Made by a program: the position numbers and the translations under genes
In this document: piece by piece, positions 40,484-52,305 of the stretch
How positions within the stretch are numbered: position 1 is the first letter of the stretch
Layout: each line of letters opens with the position of its first letter
DNA from: an uncultured virus (IMG/VR IMGVR_UViG_3300046171_000218)
Lineage: Duplodnaviria > Heunggongvirae > Uroviricota > Caudoviricetes
DNA length: 64,000 nt
Virus record (IMG/VR): IMGVR_UViG_3300046171_000218
Strand: one strand, 5' to 3'
Notes under the pieces: generated by a model
Told to the model about the DNA's origin: nothing
The model's database searches: none
What the model saw: only the letters and a program-made list of their open reading frames with translations

Positions 40484-42201
40484 TCAGCAATTCCATGCTC
40501 TAAGTGACTTATTGATTCTGCTATCTGGATCATTAGCAGTTTTGGTAGAAGTAAGTTTCTTCTTCATACCTTTCATTCTTGCACAGAATGATGCTCTTCT
40601 CTTGTTACCAACTTTTTTAGAAGGTGCTTTAAGATCAGAACCTGGGTTCTCTCTTTCATAAGACTTGCGTCCTTTTTCGTTAAGTCCACCTTCTTTGCTC
40701 TTACCTGCTTTCTTGTCCAAGCAGCAGATTTTTCTAGAATTGCTTCCTCTTTTGCTACTTCATCTTTTTTCATTTTATCAGCATCTTTTCTCAATGCTTG
40801 ATTTCTCTTCTTAATAATCTGCATGTCGATTTGTCCCTTCTTCTTTTGAAGAGCAATCTCTTGAGGAGAAAGAGATGCCTCCACTTCATTTAGTGTCCCT
40901 TCGGTTTCCTCAGTGAATTCTCCTGGTGCTGCTGAGTCAATTGAAGCAGTTTCATTAATTGCTGCGACTTCTTCTTCTCGTTCTCTATGTTCTGTGACTT
41001 TGATGATTGGTTGTCCTGGTTCATAGTCTGAGACTCTGAAAAACGTTAATTTTGCGCCAGGATATACTTTTTCGATCTGATCCATAACATCAGATCTGCT
41101 GGGGATGCCAACCTTAGGGAAGAACATCTTGAGCATATAAGATCTGCCTCTAAAGACAAGATTTACATCAATAATATTACCAGTAGTAGCGGGGAGTCTC
41201 GTAGCTTCCTCAACCTGCTCCTTTCTGGTTGCTTTCTTTTTGACACAGTTTGGATATCTTTTTCCAAACATAGTCTTCATACCTTTCTTTTCATAACCAG
41301 GCCAGCATTTCTCATCGAGTGATGTCTCTTCTTTAGCGAGATCACCAAATCTTTCGCGATGCTTTCTTAATGGCATTGATTTATCGCGAAACTCTTTGGG
41401 AGATTCATAACCTGTTGGTTTTGATCCATCTTTGGTAGAGGATTTTCTTCCAAGAGATTTACGTTCTGATGATTGTGACAGTTTAGTCTTATCACCATAT
41501 TGTGTTCTAAATTTTTCAGTAAGTTCATCCCAGGAAAGTCCTTCAGACTTATTACCCCAGTTTGCTGCACCTACTTTACGACATTTGACAAGTGCTCCTG
41601 ACGCATATGCACTTGGCCAAACGCTGTAGCGTGATTTAACTTTATGGTAACAGGCATCTTTTGTACCGCTACCCTTTCCTTTTTTGTCCTTTTCTTGAAT
41701 GAGAGTTGTTTCTTCTTTCATTTTTCTAGGACTATCAGTTTTAACATATGTTGGTTTTGCAGCTCCTGATTTTTGTTGTTGTCCTGGATCTGCTTTTTTC
41801 TTTCTTCTAGCAGCAGAAAGTCTTTCTGCCTTAGTCATACTTGCTCTCTTTGCAGAAGAAACACATTTTGGAGTTCCTTCACCAGGTTTATCACTAGCGC
41901 ACGTTCCACCAGTAACAACATTCACCCATCCACCTTTGCCTTCTTTAGATCTAGAACCTTTGAACCATTTGCGAAGAGTGCCTTCATGGACTACTTGTTC
42001 TCCCATGCCACCACCATTACCACCGCCGTTACCGCCGTTAGCACCATTACCGTTTCCATTGCTATTACTATTTTCCTTTGCTTCACCCTCTTCGGCGTCT
42101 TTTTCAAGCATACCTCTTCCACCCACATGGTATCCCATGGGAATCTTCTTACATTTTTTATCGGTAAAACAGTAATACTGCCCTGCAGGACATTTTTTCA
42201 T
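40484..42201 (-). CDS. modular basic protein (~570 aa), putative internal head polyprotein; frameshift near 40715
   Basis: MKKCPAGQYYC...; joins the C-terminal GGLNEKGRKSY...RRASFCARM...SLRAWNC module after a 1-nt shift. Confidence 0.7.
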
Positions 42202-42226
42202 AAGAAACAAGAAGTCTCCTTTATAT

Positions 42227-43162
42227 TTATCTCTTTAACTCGTCAACCTCAGATTTTAATTCTTTAACTGCTTCAATTAAAATACCAATAAGTCCATTGT
42301 AGTTGACTGACTTATGATTTCCATTTGAAACTAACTCTGGAGCAACTTCCTCTACATTCTGTGCAGTTACACCAAGAGATGGTTTAAGAGACTCTTTCCA
42401 TTTCCAACTTACACCTTCAAGTTGACTAATCATTTCAAGTGCATTATCAATTACTGATACATCTTGCTTCAAAGTGACATCCGATGTGGAGTTAAAGTTG
42501 GTAGCAGAAACATCTCCGGTTACCGTTACATTTCCAGTGACATTAACATTACTTGAAGTTGTTGTGACACCAGCAACTGTAACACCATCTAAGAAATTAG
42601 CTACGGTTGCAGTTTGAATATTATCTGTTGATGCAACTCCAGTTAATCCAGAACCATCACCAGAGAATGAAGTCGCTTCAAATGGTTTATTGGATACAAA
42701 TTTTGTTCCAGAGTGAGAATATAAAATTGTAGCACTTGCACCATCAATACTAATACCTGCACCATCTGCAGCACTTGAATCTGCAGCACCAGATGCAATT
42801 ACAATTGTCTTATCGTCAACAGTTAGTGTTGTTGAATTAATTGTCGTTGTCGTTCCATCAACAGTCAAATTGCCAGAAACTGTTAATGCTTGACAGGTAG
42901 TTATTCCTGCAATATTGACGTTGCTTAAAAAATTTGCCGATGTCGCTGTCTGAATATTATCTGTTGATGCAACTCCGGTTAAACCTGATCCGTTACCAGA
43001 AAAAGAAGATGCAGTAACAACACCTGAAAGATTTAAATGAGTAGCAGAAATTGACTGGGCATTTACGATACCACTGTTTGTTAAATCAATATTATCAGAT
43101 GCTTCTAACTCTTTGATTTGATTGGATGACGAATCTACAATCAGTGGAAATCTATTTGCCAT
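42227..43162 (-). CDS. short fibre protein with C-terminal peptidase S74 intramolecular chaperone
   Basis: STSDVTLKQDV...GVTAQNVEEVAPELV...SVNYNGLIGILIEAVKEL. Confidence 0.85.
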   Translation of the reverse strand: MANRFPLIVDSSSNQIKELEASDNIDLTNSGIVNAQSISATHLNLSGVVTASSFSGNGSGLTGVASTDNIQTATSANFLSNVNIAGITTCQALTVSGNLTVDGTTTTINSTTLTVDDKTIVIASGAADSSAADGAGISIDGASATILYSHSGTKFVSNKPFEATSFSGDGSGLTGVASTDNIQTATVANFLDGVTVAGVTTTSSNVNVTGNVTVTGDVSATNFNSTSDVTLKQDVSVIDNALEMISQLEGVSWKWKESLKPSLGVTAQNVEEVAPELVSNGNHKSVNYNGLIGILIEAVKELKSEVDELKR

Positions 43163-43189
43163 TTTTTGTAGTACTATATGTCTTATTTA

Positions 43190-43690
43190 TTAAAATGTCA
43201 CTGATACTTCAGTGTCAGACGATCTACCGAATACTGTTACAATTCCAGCAGCAACTGAAACATTTATACCACCAGAACGAGCTGCAACTGATAAAATAGC
43301 ACTACTTACACTGATATTAGTAAGAGATGAACCATCTCCTGAAAATGAAGTTGCAGTAATAACACCAGCAACATTTATATTTCCAGTCCCGGTTATATCA
43401 TTTTCATTTATGTCTAAATCACCACCTAATTCTGGTGACGTGTCCTGCACAAGGTTAGAAAATGAACCTCCAGTAATACCAGAAAGTCCAGAACCATCTC
43501 CAACAAATGATGTTGCTGTTACAACACCAGATACTAAAACACCCCCAACCACCTCAACTTTGGAGACTGGGGATAGAGTTCCTATACCAATTTTTTGGGA
43601 AGGGGTAGCAGTTGCTACCCCTATATTTTTTGTAGAATCATCAACAGTAATTAATGATCCTAACTGAGATAGTTCCCTACCGCGTGCCAT
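43190..43690 (-). CDS. short fibre-like protein
   Basis: IGIGT, SFVGDGSGL and DTSPELGGDLD motifs; N-terminus resembles that of the giant fibre. Confidence 0.7.
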   Translation of the reverse strand: MARGRELSQLGSLITVDDSTKNIGVATATPSQKIGIGTLSPVSKVEVVGGVLVSGVVTATSFVGDGSGLSGITGGSFSNLVQDTSPELGGDLDINENDITGTGNINVAGVITATSFSGDGSSLTNISVSSAILSVAARSGGINVSVAAGIVTVFGRSSDTEVSVTF

Positions 43691-43728
43691 GAATAAGGTT
43701 TTTCACTATTTAGTAGGGAACATAACCC

Positions 43729-46700
43729 TCAACTACGCTTTTTTCTTGAATTTGCTTTTTTAGCAAGTTCAGTGCGAAGTTCGGTAATCTGATTACCTTG
43801 TTCCTTAACTGCCTCAATCAGGATACCAATAAGTCCATTGTAGTTAACAGACTTATGAGTTTCACTGTTATTAACGAGTTCAGGAGCAACAGTTTCAACA
43901 TTCTGAGCGGATACACCCAGAGATGCCTTACCATTGTTCTTCCAATTCCAGCTGATACCGTTAAGGCTGTTAATCATATCGAGCGCATTGTCGATAACAG
44001 AAACATTATCCTTAAGTGTGATATCAGATGTGGAGTTGAAGTTAGCAGCAGATATATCACCGGATGTGGTGATATTTGTATCGTTGGAGTTAGATCCACC
44101 AACAATAGCAGTACCAGTAACTTTTGGTAAGGTAAGAGTTACGTTACCACTATAGTTGCTGTGTGCTTGAGACTGAATTCTGGTATAGTGTGCATTACTG
44201 GACTCGCAATAGAAGTCCATTCTGCCAGGAGTACCATCATCACTTTCAAGTACGAGTTGGTTAGTTGCAGTCGCAACACCAGCAACAGTAATTCCACTCA
44301 GGAAGTTTGCTACCGTGTTGGTAGAGATGTTGTCAGTAGAAGCAACACCAGTCAGTCCAGAACCATCTCCAGAGAATGAAGTAGCAGTGATAACACCAAC
44401 GTTAAGGTTTGGTGTACCGCTGAGTCCAGCAGCAGTTCCTGTTGTATTCTGGTTACCTGCCTCGTTTACACCAGGAAGGTTGATGTTAGCAGAACCATTG
44501 AAGGAAACTCCACCAATTGTTCTAGCACTTTCCAGAGCAGTTGCAGTTGCAGCATTTCCGGAAGTATCCTGATTACCAGATGCGTTAACACCAGGCAGGT
44601 TGATTCCAGCAGTACCATCGAAGGATACGCCACCGATTGTTCTAGCGTCTGCAAGAGCAGGTTGCAGTAGCAGAATTACCAGTTACGTTACCAACAACGT
44701 TACCAGTTAAGTTACCGACAATACCACCAGTTGCGGTTGTAACACCAGCAATCTTAACTCCACTAAGGAATTCTGCTTCAGTTGCAGTTTGGATGTTGTC
44801 AGTAGAAGCAACACCAGTCAGTCCAGAGCCGTCTCCAATGAATGAAGTTGCTTCAATAGACTTGTTAGCAACCCACTTAGTTCCAGTGTGAGAATAGTTG
44901 AAGGTAGCATCAGCACCATCGATAGTGATACCAGCACCATCAGCGTTAGCAGATGAACCAGATCCCTTAGCGAGAGTGAGGTTAAGATCTTCAACATCAA
45001 GTGTTGCAGTATTAAGAACTGTCTGTGTTCCGTTAACTGTTAAGTTACCGGACAGAGTAAGATCTGCTGCAGCAATATTACCGGAGAGGTTCAGAGACTG
45101 TTGATTAACAAATGCCGATCCGTTGTAAACGAGAATGTCGTTATTTGATGCACTTGACAGAGTTACATCAGTCAGATCATTAGCACTAGAAACAGTACCA
45201 GATCCAGCACCAGCAGTTGCATAAGAATGGAATTCAACAATGTCTCCCTCAAAGAGAGCTTCGCTAATTACAACTGAAGTTCCATTAGTTGCAGTCAGTT
45301 CAGAACTAGACAGTTTAACACCGTTGACGAATACGTCAAGGTAGTTAACGTTATAAGTGAACGAGAATGTAGTCTGTCCAGCAGTTGCTGTGCTTGTCTG
45401 AGTAGTTCTGGTTTGAGGAAGAACATCAGTAATGCTTCTCCAAGTTACACCAGCACCAACAGAAGACAGAACCTGGTTCATCTGTCCATGGGTATCTCCG
45501 ATAGAGACATAACCATCAACTTCCAGATTAGTGACTGTAGAAAGTCCTGTAGAGTTGATGTTACCCTGAACATTACCTACGAAACCACCTGTAGAGGTAG
45601 TAACACCAGAGTTTGCAACGTGTGCAGATGTGACTGCATTAACAGTTACATTAGGTGTACCAGTTAATCCCTCTGCAAGAGCAGCAGTTCCAGAAGTATT
45701 CTGGTTACCTGCTTCGTTTACGCCAGGAAGATTGATATTAGAAGTGCCATCGAAGGAGACACCACCAATTGTTCTAGCGTTCTGCAAGAGCAGTTGCTGT
45801 TGCAGCGTTTCCTGAGGTATCTTGGTTACCAGATTGGTTTACACCAGGAAGACTTATGTTTGCAGAACCATCAAAGGAAACTCCACCGATTGTTCTAGCA
45901 GTCTCAAGTGCAGATGCAGTAGCAGCATTACCAGAGGTATCTTGGTTACCAGTTTGGTTTACACCAGGTAAGTTGATGTTTCCTGTACCATCGAAGGAAA
46001 CTCCACCGATAGTTCTAGCATTCTGCAGAGCAGTTGCACTATCAGCATTACCAGTTACGTTACCAGTTAATGCGCCAACGAAACCACCTGTAGAAGTAGT
46101 AACTCCAGACAGGGCAGCGTGAGTACCAACCAGAGCTCCAGATACAGTAAGTGATCCAAGAGTTCCAACGGATGTCAGTGAAGAAGTAACAACTGCAGAA
46201 CCAAGTGATGTAGCACCCAGAACTTCCGTGTTGTTAATCTTGTATACCTTACCAGAAGCAAGGTTCAGGTTTTCAGAAGAACCAAAGTTGTCTCCAGTAT
46301 CTTGGAACTGGAATGTCTTGTCTCCGTCACCAGAGTCAACAGTGATACCAGCACCATCAGCGGCAGCATCATTCGCAGCGCCTGTAGCGATTTGAATGTT
46401 CTTATCTGCAATATTGACAGTTGTGCTATCAATAGTAGTGGTTGTACCTTCAACTTGGAGGTTACCCAGGATGTGAACTGTACCGGTGTTATCACCAATA
46501 GCAGCAGGATCAAGAGTAATTGATGAAGGGCCTGTAATTGTGGCGGTATTAACGTGGATCGCAGATCCTTCAGCACCAGTCTTGAATGATGTAGCAGTTA
46601 CAACACCAGATGCAACTAATGATGTCAGAGAGACATCGGGATTCAGTGAAACTTCAACTCCATTGCTTGCAGCAGCAGAGGTAAGATTTGTTCCGCCTGT

Positions 46701-49700
46701 AATCGCTAAACCTTCAGAAAGAAGATTGATATCCTCAGAACCACTATCGCCGGTAACTGTCAAGGCAGAACCAACAGCAGCTGTTGTTGCGGAAGTAATA
46801 CGTCCCTTAGCGTCAACTGTGATTACAGGGACAGCAGATGCACCACCATAAGTTGCAGCAGAAACACCACTAGCAGCAAGGGTGATTGGCAGAGCAACGT
46901 TTCCTGTACCATCGAATGATTGTGCAGAATCAGTTGTAGCATCCCCACTTACAGTGAAACTTCTACCATTTGCCAGAGCAGTTGCTGTTGCGGCATTTCC
47001 AGAAGTATCTTGGTTACCTGTTGCGTTAACACCAGGAAGGTTTATATTACCTGAACCATTGAAGGAAACTCCACCGATAGTTCTAGCATTCTGCAGAATA
47101 GTAGCAGAGGATGCATTACCGGTTACATCACCTACAAATCCACTTGAAGCAGTTACAACACCAGAAGCAACAACACTCGTTAGGGAGATATTGTCATCTA
47201 GGTTAACAGTAACAGAGTTACTTGAAGCGTTTGAAGTGAGGTTAGTACCACCAGAGATTGTTAAGGTTTCAGAGAGAAGATTGATATCTTCAGAACCACT
47301 ATCACCAGCAACTGTCAGTCCACTACCAACGGCAGTAGTTGTTGCGGAAGTGATACGTCCTTTTGCATCAACTGTGATTACGGGAACTGCTCCAGCAGAA
47401 CCATAAGTTGCAGCAGAAACACCACTGTTAGCAAGAGTGATTGGTAACGCTACGTTTCCTGAACCATCAAAAGATTGTGCAGAATCGGTTGTAGCATCAC
47501 CGGATACAGTGAAGTTTCTTGGAGTTTGTAGAGTTACTGCTGTAGATGCTGTACCAGTTACATCACCGGTTACATCACCGGTTACATCACCGGTTAAATT
47601 GCCATTAACATCACCAGTAACATTACCAGTCAGAGAAGCACTAATAGTTCCAGCAGAGAAGTTACCTGAACCATCTCTTGCAACAAGATTATTAGCAGTA
47701 TTATTATTGGTAGCATCAAGTCCGATTGTAACGGAAGTGCCAGCAACAGAAGTATTAACAAAATCTCCGTCAACGAATTTTAGTCCGTCAACTAAGAGGT
47801 TAACACTACCAGTTCCTGAACCACCAACAATTGAAAGTGATGTACTAATTGCAACGTTTACTGCATTAGTAATTCTACCTTTAGAGTCAACAGTGATCTG
47901 TGATACCTGTGATCCAGAACCATAAGTTGCTGCGGAAACACCACTATTAGCTAGAGTTGCTGAAATAGTAGCATTAGCAGAACCATCAAACGAAGCAGAA
48001 CCTGTGGCATCTCCAGAGATTGCTAAAGTTCTAGAAGTTTCCAGAGCAGTTGCAGTTGCAGCATTTCCAGAGGTATCTTGGTTACCAGTTGCATTAACAC
48101 CAGGTAAATTAATGTTACCTGTGCCATCAAATGATACGCCGCCAATTGTTCTAGCGTTTGCTAGAGCAGTTGCAGTAGCAGCGTTTCCAGAAGTATCTTG
48201 GTTACCAGCTGCATTAACACCTGGTAGGTTGATATTTGCAGAACCATCGAAGGAAACGCCACCGATTGTTCTTGCACTTTCGAGAACAGTTGCAGTTCCA
48301 GCATTGCCAGAAACATTACCAGTTACATCACCGACAACACCACCAGTTGCAGTTGTAACACCAGTAACAACTAATCCAGATGCAGTTGCCTGTCCAAGAG
48401 TGGAAATACCAGTTACTCTGAGTTGCTCGAAGTTACCTCCAGAACCACCGCCGAGAACATATTCCTTAACGCGGGACATTGTTGACTTACGGTTAGTGCC
48501 GCCAGCACCATCGTCAACAACGATTAAATCAGCATCTTCCAGATCAGCACCGATATCAGTGCCACCATCAATATCCAGAGTTGTCAGAGGAGTTGTTCCT
48601 GCAGACAGTCCTGAACCAGAACCATTGAAGGCAGATGCAGTGATAATACCAGCAATATTAATATTGCCAGTTCCAGTAATATCCTTAATAGTAATACTAG
48701 GAGTTCCAGTCAGTCCCTCAGCATTAGTTGCTGTAGTTGCTGTACCAGTTACGTCACCAGTTACATCACCAACAACATTACCAGTTACATCACCAGTAAC
48801 ATCACCAGTAACATTCATCGTTCCAGTCGTTGCAACGAAGGAAGATGCAGTTATAATACCAGAGAGATTTACATGAGCACCAGTTAAAGCTCCAGCAACA
48901 TTGAGAGAACCAAGAGTTCCAACAGATGTCAGTGAGGAGTTAACAACACCAGATCCAAGAGTAGTTGCACTCAGAATTTCAGTATTATTAACCTTATAAA
49001 CTTTGCCACTGGCAAGGTTCATATTTTCGGAAGAACCGAAGTTGTCTCCAGTTGCTTCAAACTGGAATGTCTTATCACCTTCTCCGGAGTCAACCGTAAT
49101 ACCACCACCATCGGCAGCAGCATCGTTAGCAGCACCAGTTGCAATCTGGATATTCTTATCAGCAATATTAACAGTTGTGCTGTCAATAGTTGTTGTAGTT
49201 CCTTCTACCTGAAGATCACCGAGGATATGAACAACACCAGTGTTGTCTCCAACGCCAGCAGGATCAATTGTAATTGATGAAGGGCCTGTAATTGTTGCAC
49301 TATTAACATGGATTGCTGAACCTTCAGCACCAGTCTTGAATGAAGATGCAGTTACTACACCAGTTGCACTTACACTAGTAAGAGCAATCTCGGGGTTCAA
49401 TGCCAGTTCAACGCCATTACTTGCAGCAGCAGAAGTAACGTTAGTGCCACCTGTAATTGCTAAAGATTCTGAAAGAAGATCAATATCCTCAGAACCACTA
49501 TCACCGGTTACGGTTAATGCACTTCCTACAGCAGCTGTAGTTGCAGATGTGATGCGTCCCTTAGCATCAACAGTAAGAATTGGAACTGCTGATCCAGAAC
49601 CATAAGTTGCAGCAGAAACACCGCTATTTGCTAGAGTAGCTGAAATAGTAGCATTTGATGAACCATCAAATGATGCAGAACCTGTAGCATCTCCAGAGAT

Positions 49701-50966
49701 TGCTAAAGTTCTACTAGTTGCTAATTGAGTTGCGGTAGCAGCATTACCTGAAGTATCCTGGTTACCTGCTGCATTAACACCAGGAAGGTTGATGTTAGCA
49801 GAACCATCGAAGGAAACTCCACCGATTGTACGTGCGTTTTGAAGAGCGGTTGCTGTAGCAGCATTTCCAGAAGTATCCTGGTTACCACCTTGGTTTACAC
49901 CAGGTAAGTTGATATTACCTGAACCATCAAAGGAAACTCCGCCGATTGTTCTGGCAGATTCCAGAGCAGTTGCAGTTGCAGAATTGCCCGAAGTATCTTG
50001 GTTACCAGTTGCATTAACACCAGGTAAATTGATGTTACCTGTGCCATCAAAGGAAACTCCACCAATAGTTCTAGCATTCTGCAGAGCAGTTGCTGAATCA
50101 GCATTACCAGTTACGTTACCAGTAACATTTCCAATTACGTTACCATTATGAGTTCCATAAATGTTCGTTGCAGAAACGGATGTACCGCCCGTTACAACTC
50201 CAACTGTTGTAATGCCAGTAATTCTGACAGTGCTTAAGAAATTAGCAGGAGTTGCAGTCTGAATATTATCAGTAGATGCAACACCAGTCAGTCCAGAACC
50301 ATCTCCAGAGAATGAAGTAGCAGTAACAACACCAGTTGCATTAATGTTAGCTGAAGTTACATCACCAACGGTGATATCTGGTGTGCCGCTGAGTCCAGCA
50401 GCAGTTCCCGATGTATTTTGATTACCTGCTTCATTAACACCCGGGAGGTTGATGTTTCCTGAACCATCGAAGGAAACTCCACCGATGTTACGTGCAGTCT
50501 CAAGTGCAGTTGCGGTAGCAGCGTTACCTGAAGTATCCTGGTTACCAGCCTGGTTTACACCAGGAAGGTTAATATTTGCCGAACCATCGAAGGAAACTCC
50601 ACCGATGTTACGTGCAGATTGTAATGCACTAGCCGATGATGCGTTGCCGGTTAATGCACCGACAAAACCACCAGATGAAGTAACAATGCCAGTAGTGACA
50701 TTATTTACTGTTATATCTGGTGTGCCTGTTAATCCTTCTGCTTGAGTAGCATTAGATGCTGTTCCTGTTAAATCGCCAACAAATCCTCCAGAGGAGGTTG
50801 TTATGCCAGAAATGATAGCATTGCCAGTAACGTCTAACTTTTGTCTTGGTGTAACGGAACCAATACCTACGTTAGCCGAACTGGCAGTTGTAATGCCAAT
50901 ATAGTTTGCAGAAGCATCTAAGGCAAGATAACTCGCAAATTGCGAAAGTTCTCTATTAAATGCCAT
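43729..50966 (-). CDS. giant repeat-rich tail fibre (~2400 aa) with C-terminal S74 chaperone; frameshifts near 45785 and 44660
   Basis: ORFs 45774-50966, 44642-45787 and 43729-44220 continue the same repeats across shifts; ends STSDITLK...SVNYNGLIGILIEAVKE. Confidence 0.85.
44440..50640 (-). repeat. ~13 copies of a 120-bp/40-aa repeat (ATATALxxARTIGGVSFDGSANINLPGVNxxGNQDTSGNA), singly or in tandem arrays of 2-3
   Basis: e.g. gaaccatcgaaggaaactccaccgat at 50461 and 50581 (120-nt offset); similar copies at 49801/49921/50041 and 48121/48241. Confidence 0.9.
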
Positions 50967-51046
50967 TTTTTGCGTTTTTTCGTGTAGAACGTCCTACAAT
51001 CCATCTTCGTATATCTACTAGGATTGTATACTAATATTTAGAAATA

Positions 51047-52056
51047 CTACACTGCTGTGGTGGAAAGATTGCCAGAATTATCGACAATTAATCTATACTT
51101 AGTTCCATTTGGTGATGTTAAAACAATTCCTGTTGATTGATCGGATCCAACATTGACATCTTGATTAAAAGTAGAGATACCGACTACATTTAAGTTTGTA
51201 CTAATACCAACACCACCATTGATATTTACTTTTGGCGAAACCCCATTCCCTGCAAAAAATTTAAGTCTTCCAGATTCAAGAGTTATTTTTGTACTTGTAC
51301 CATTATCAGTATATCTTCTTATAACATCTGCATTAACTCCATCTTTAGCAGATGAAATACCTACGTTTATGTCATTTGTAGTATTACTACCTCTAGTAGT
51401 TACTGAGTCTAAAGTATCATTTTCTGGAACACTACTTACTGATCCAGATGATGTATATGAAATGACATCAATAGACTCTCCACCAAACAACGCTTCGTTG
51501 AGAACAATTGATGTACCATTGGAAGCGACATATTCTGAAGAGTGCAGTCTTACACCATTTACAAATACATCAATTAATCCAGTAGTGTATGCCTGACTAA
51601 TTGTTGTTTGTGCAGAAGTGGCAGTGTAAGTATTTTCACTCCTCAATGAAGAGGCTGATGCCCATGTGAGTCCAATACCTGTTGACTGAAGATATTGCCC
51701 GCTACTTCCTGTCGATCCTCCAATACTAATCGCACTTGATTCGCCGAAACTTAAAGTGCCGCCAAGTGTTATTCCGGCACTAACGGATGCATTACCTAAA
51801 AGAGTAAGATTTTCTGTGACATTATCTGTACCAATGCCAACAGAATTACTGTAAAATATTGACTCCGCACCAAAAGTCTCCTTCCAAGGAGTCAGTGATA
51901 TAATCGTCGTTCCTATTCCAACGCCACCAGTATCGACTTGCGCGAATAACTGTGCGTCGTAAGTATTAAGAGCTAGTTCCCCCAGCGGTAATTGTACAAC
52001 CGTTGGTTTTTTTCCAGGAACAGCTGAACGTTTTATCCTAATCTAGGATCAGCCAT
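51047..52056 (-). CDS. fibre-like protein with Mtd-N/hyaluronidase-type N-terminus; frameshift near start
   Basis: IRIKRSAVPGKKPT...LPLGELALNTYD; DVFVNGVRL module; C-terminal LTSPNGTKYRLIVDNSGNLST. Confidence 0.7.
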
Positions 52057-52116
52057 TCATCCCTCGCATATGGTATATACCTAAAAATCCTGTTATATAA
52101 CAGGCATTAAGTATAT

Positions 52117-52305
52117 TTATGCGTAATCTTTGTTCTCTAGTTTACTTTTTATTTCCTCTTCAAGTTGTTGAATACGCGATTTTGCATCTCTCAATTGCGT
52201 ATTCAAAACTTCAACTTTCGTTTCAGCAACAACTAATTGTGCAAATAAATCCATAGATTTTCTTTGATAAGTTGCAATCAGACTTTTGTAATCTTCTTCA
52301 TTCAT
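52117..52305 (-). CDS. small coiled-coil protein
   Basis: 62 aa with heptad pattern. Confidence 0.6.
   Translation of the reverse strand: MNEEDYKSLIATYQRKSMDLFAQLVVAETKVEVLNTQLRDAKSRIQQLEEEIKSKLENKDYA

Noticed and set aside
44440..50640. CRISPR array or non-coding repeat
   Set aside because: Repeats are 120 bp, in frame, vary at synonymous positions and have no unique spacers; no cas genes
45856..50745. Long plus-strand ORFs antisense to the giant fibre (also opposite cobS, gp23 and gp43)
   Set aside because: Shadow ORFs arising from codon bias of the sense gene; no recognisable domains
52089..52104. Perfect palindrome CCTGTTATATAACAGG
   Set aside because: Could be a weak terminator or operator, but it is a single occurrence with no supporting evidence
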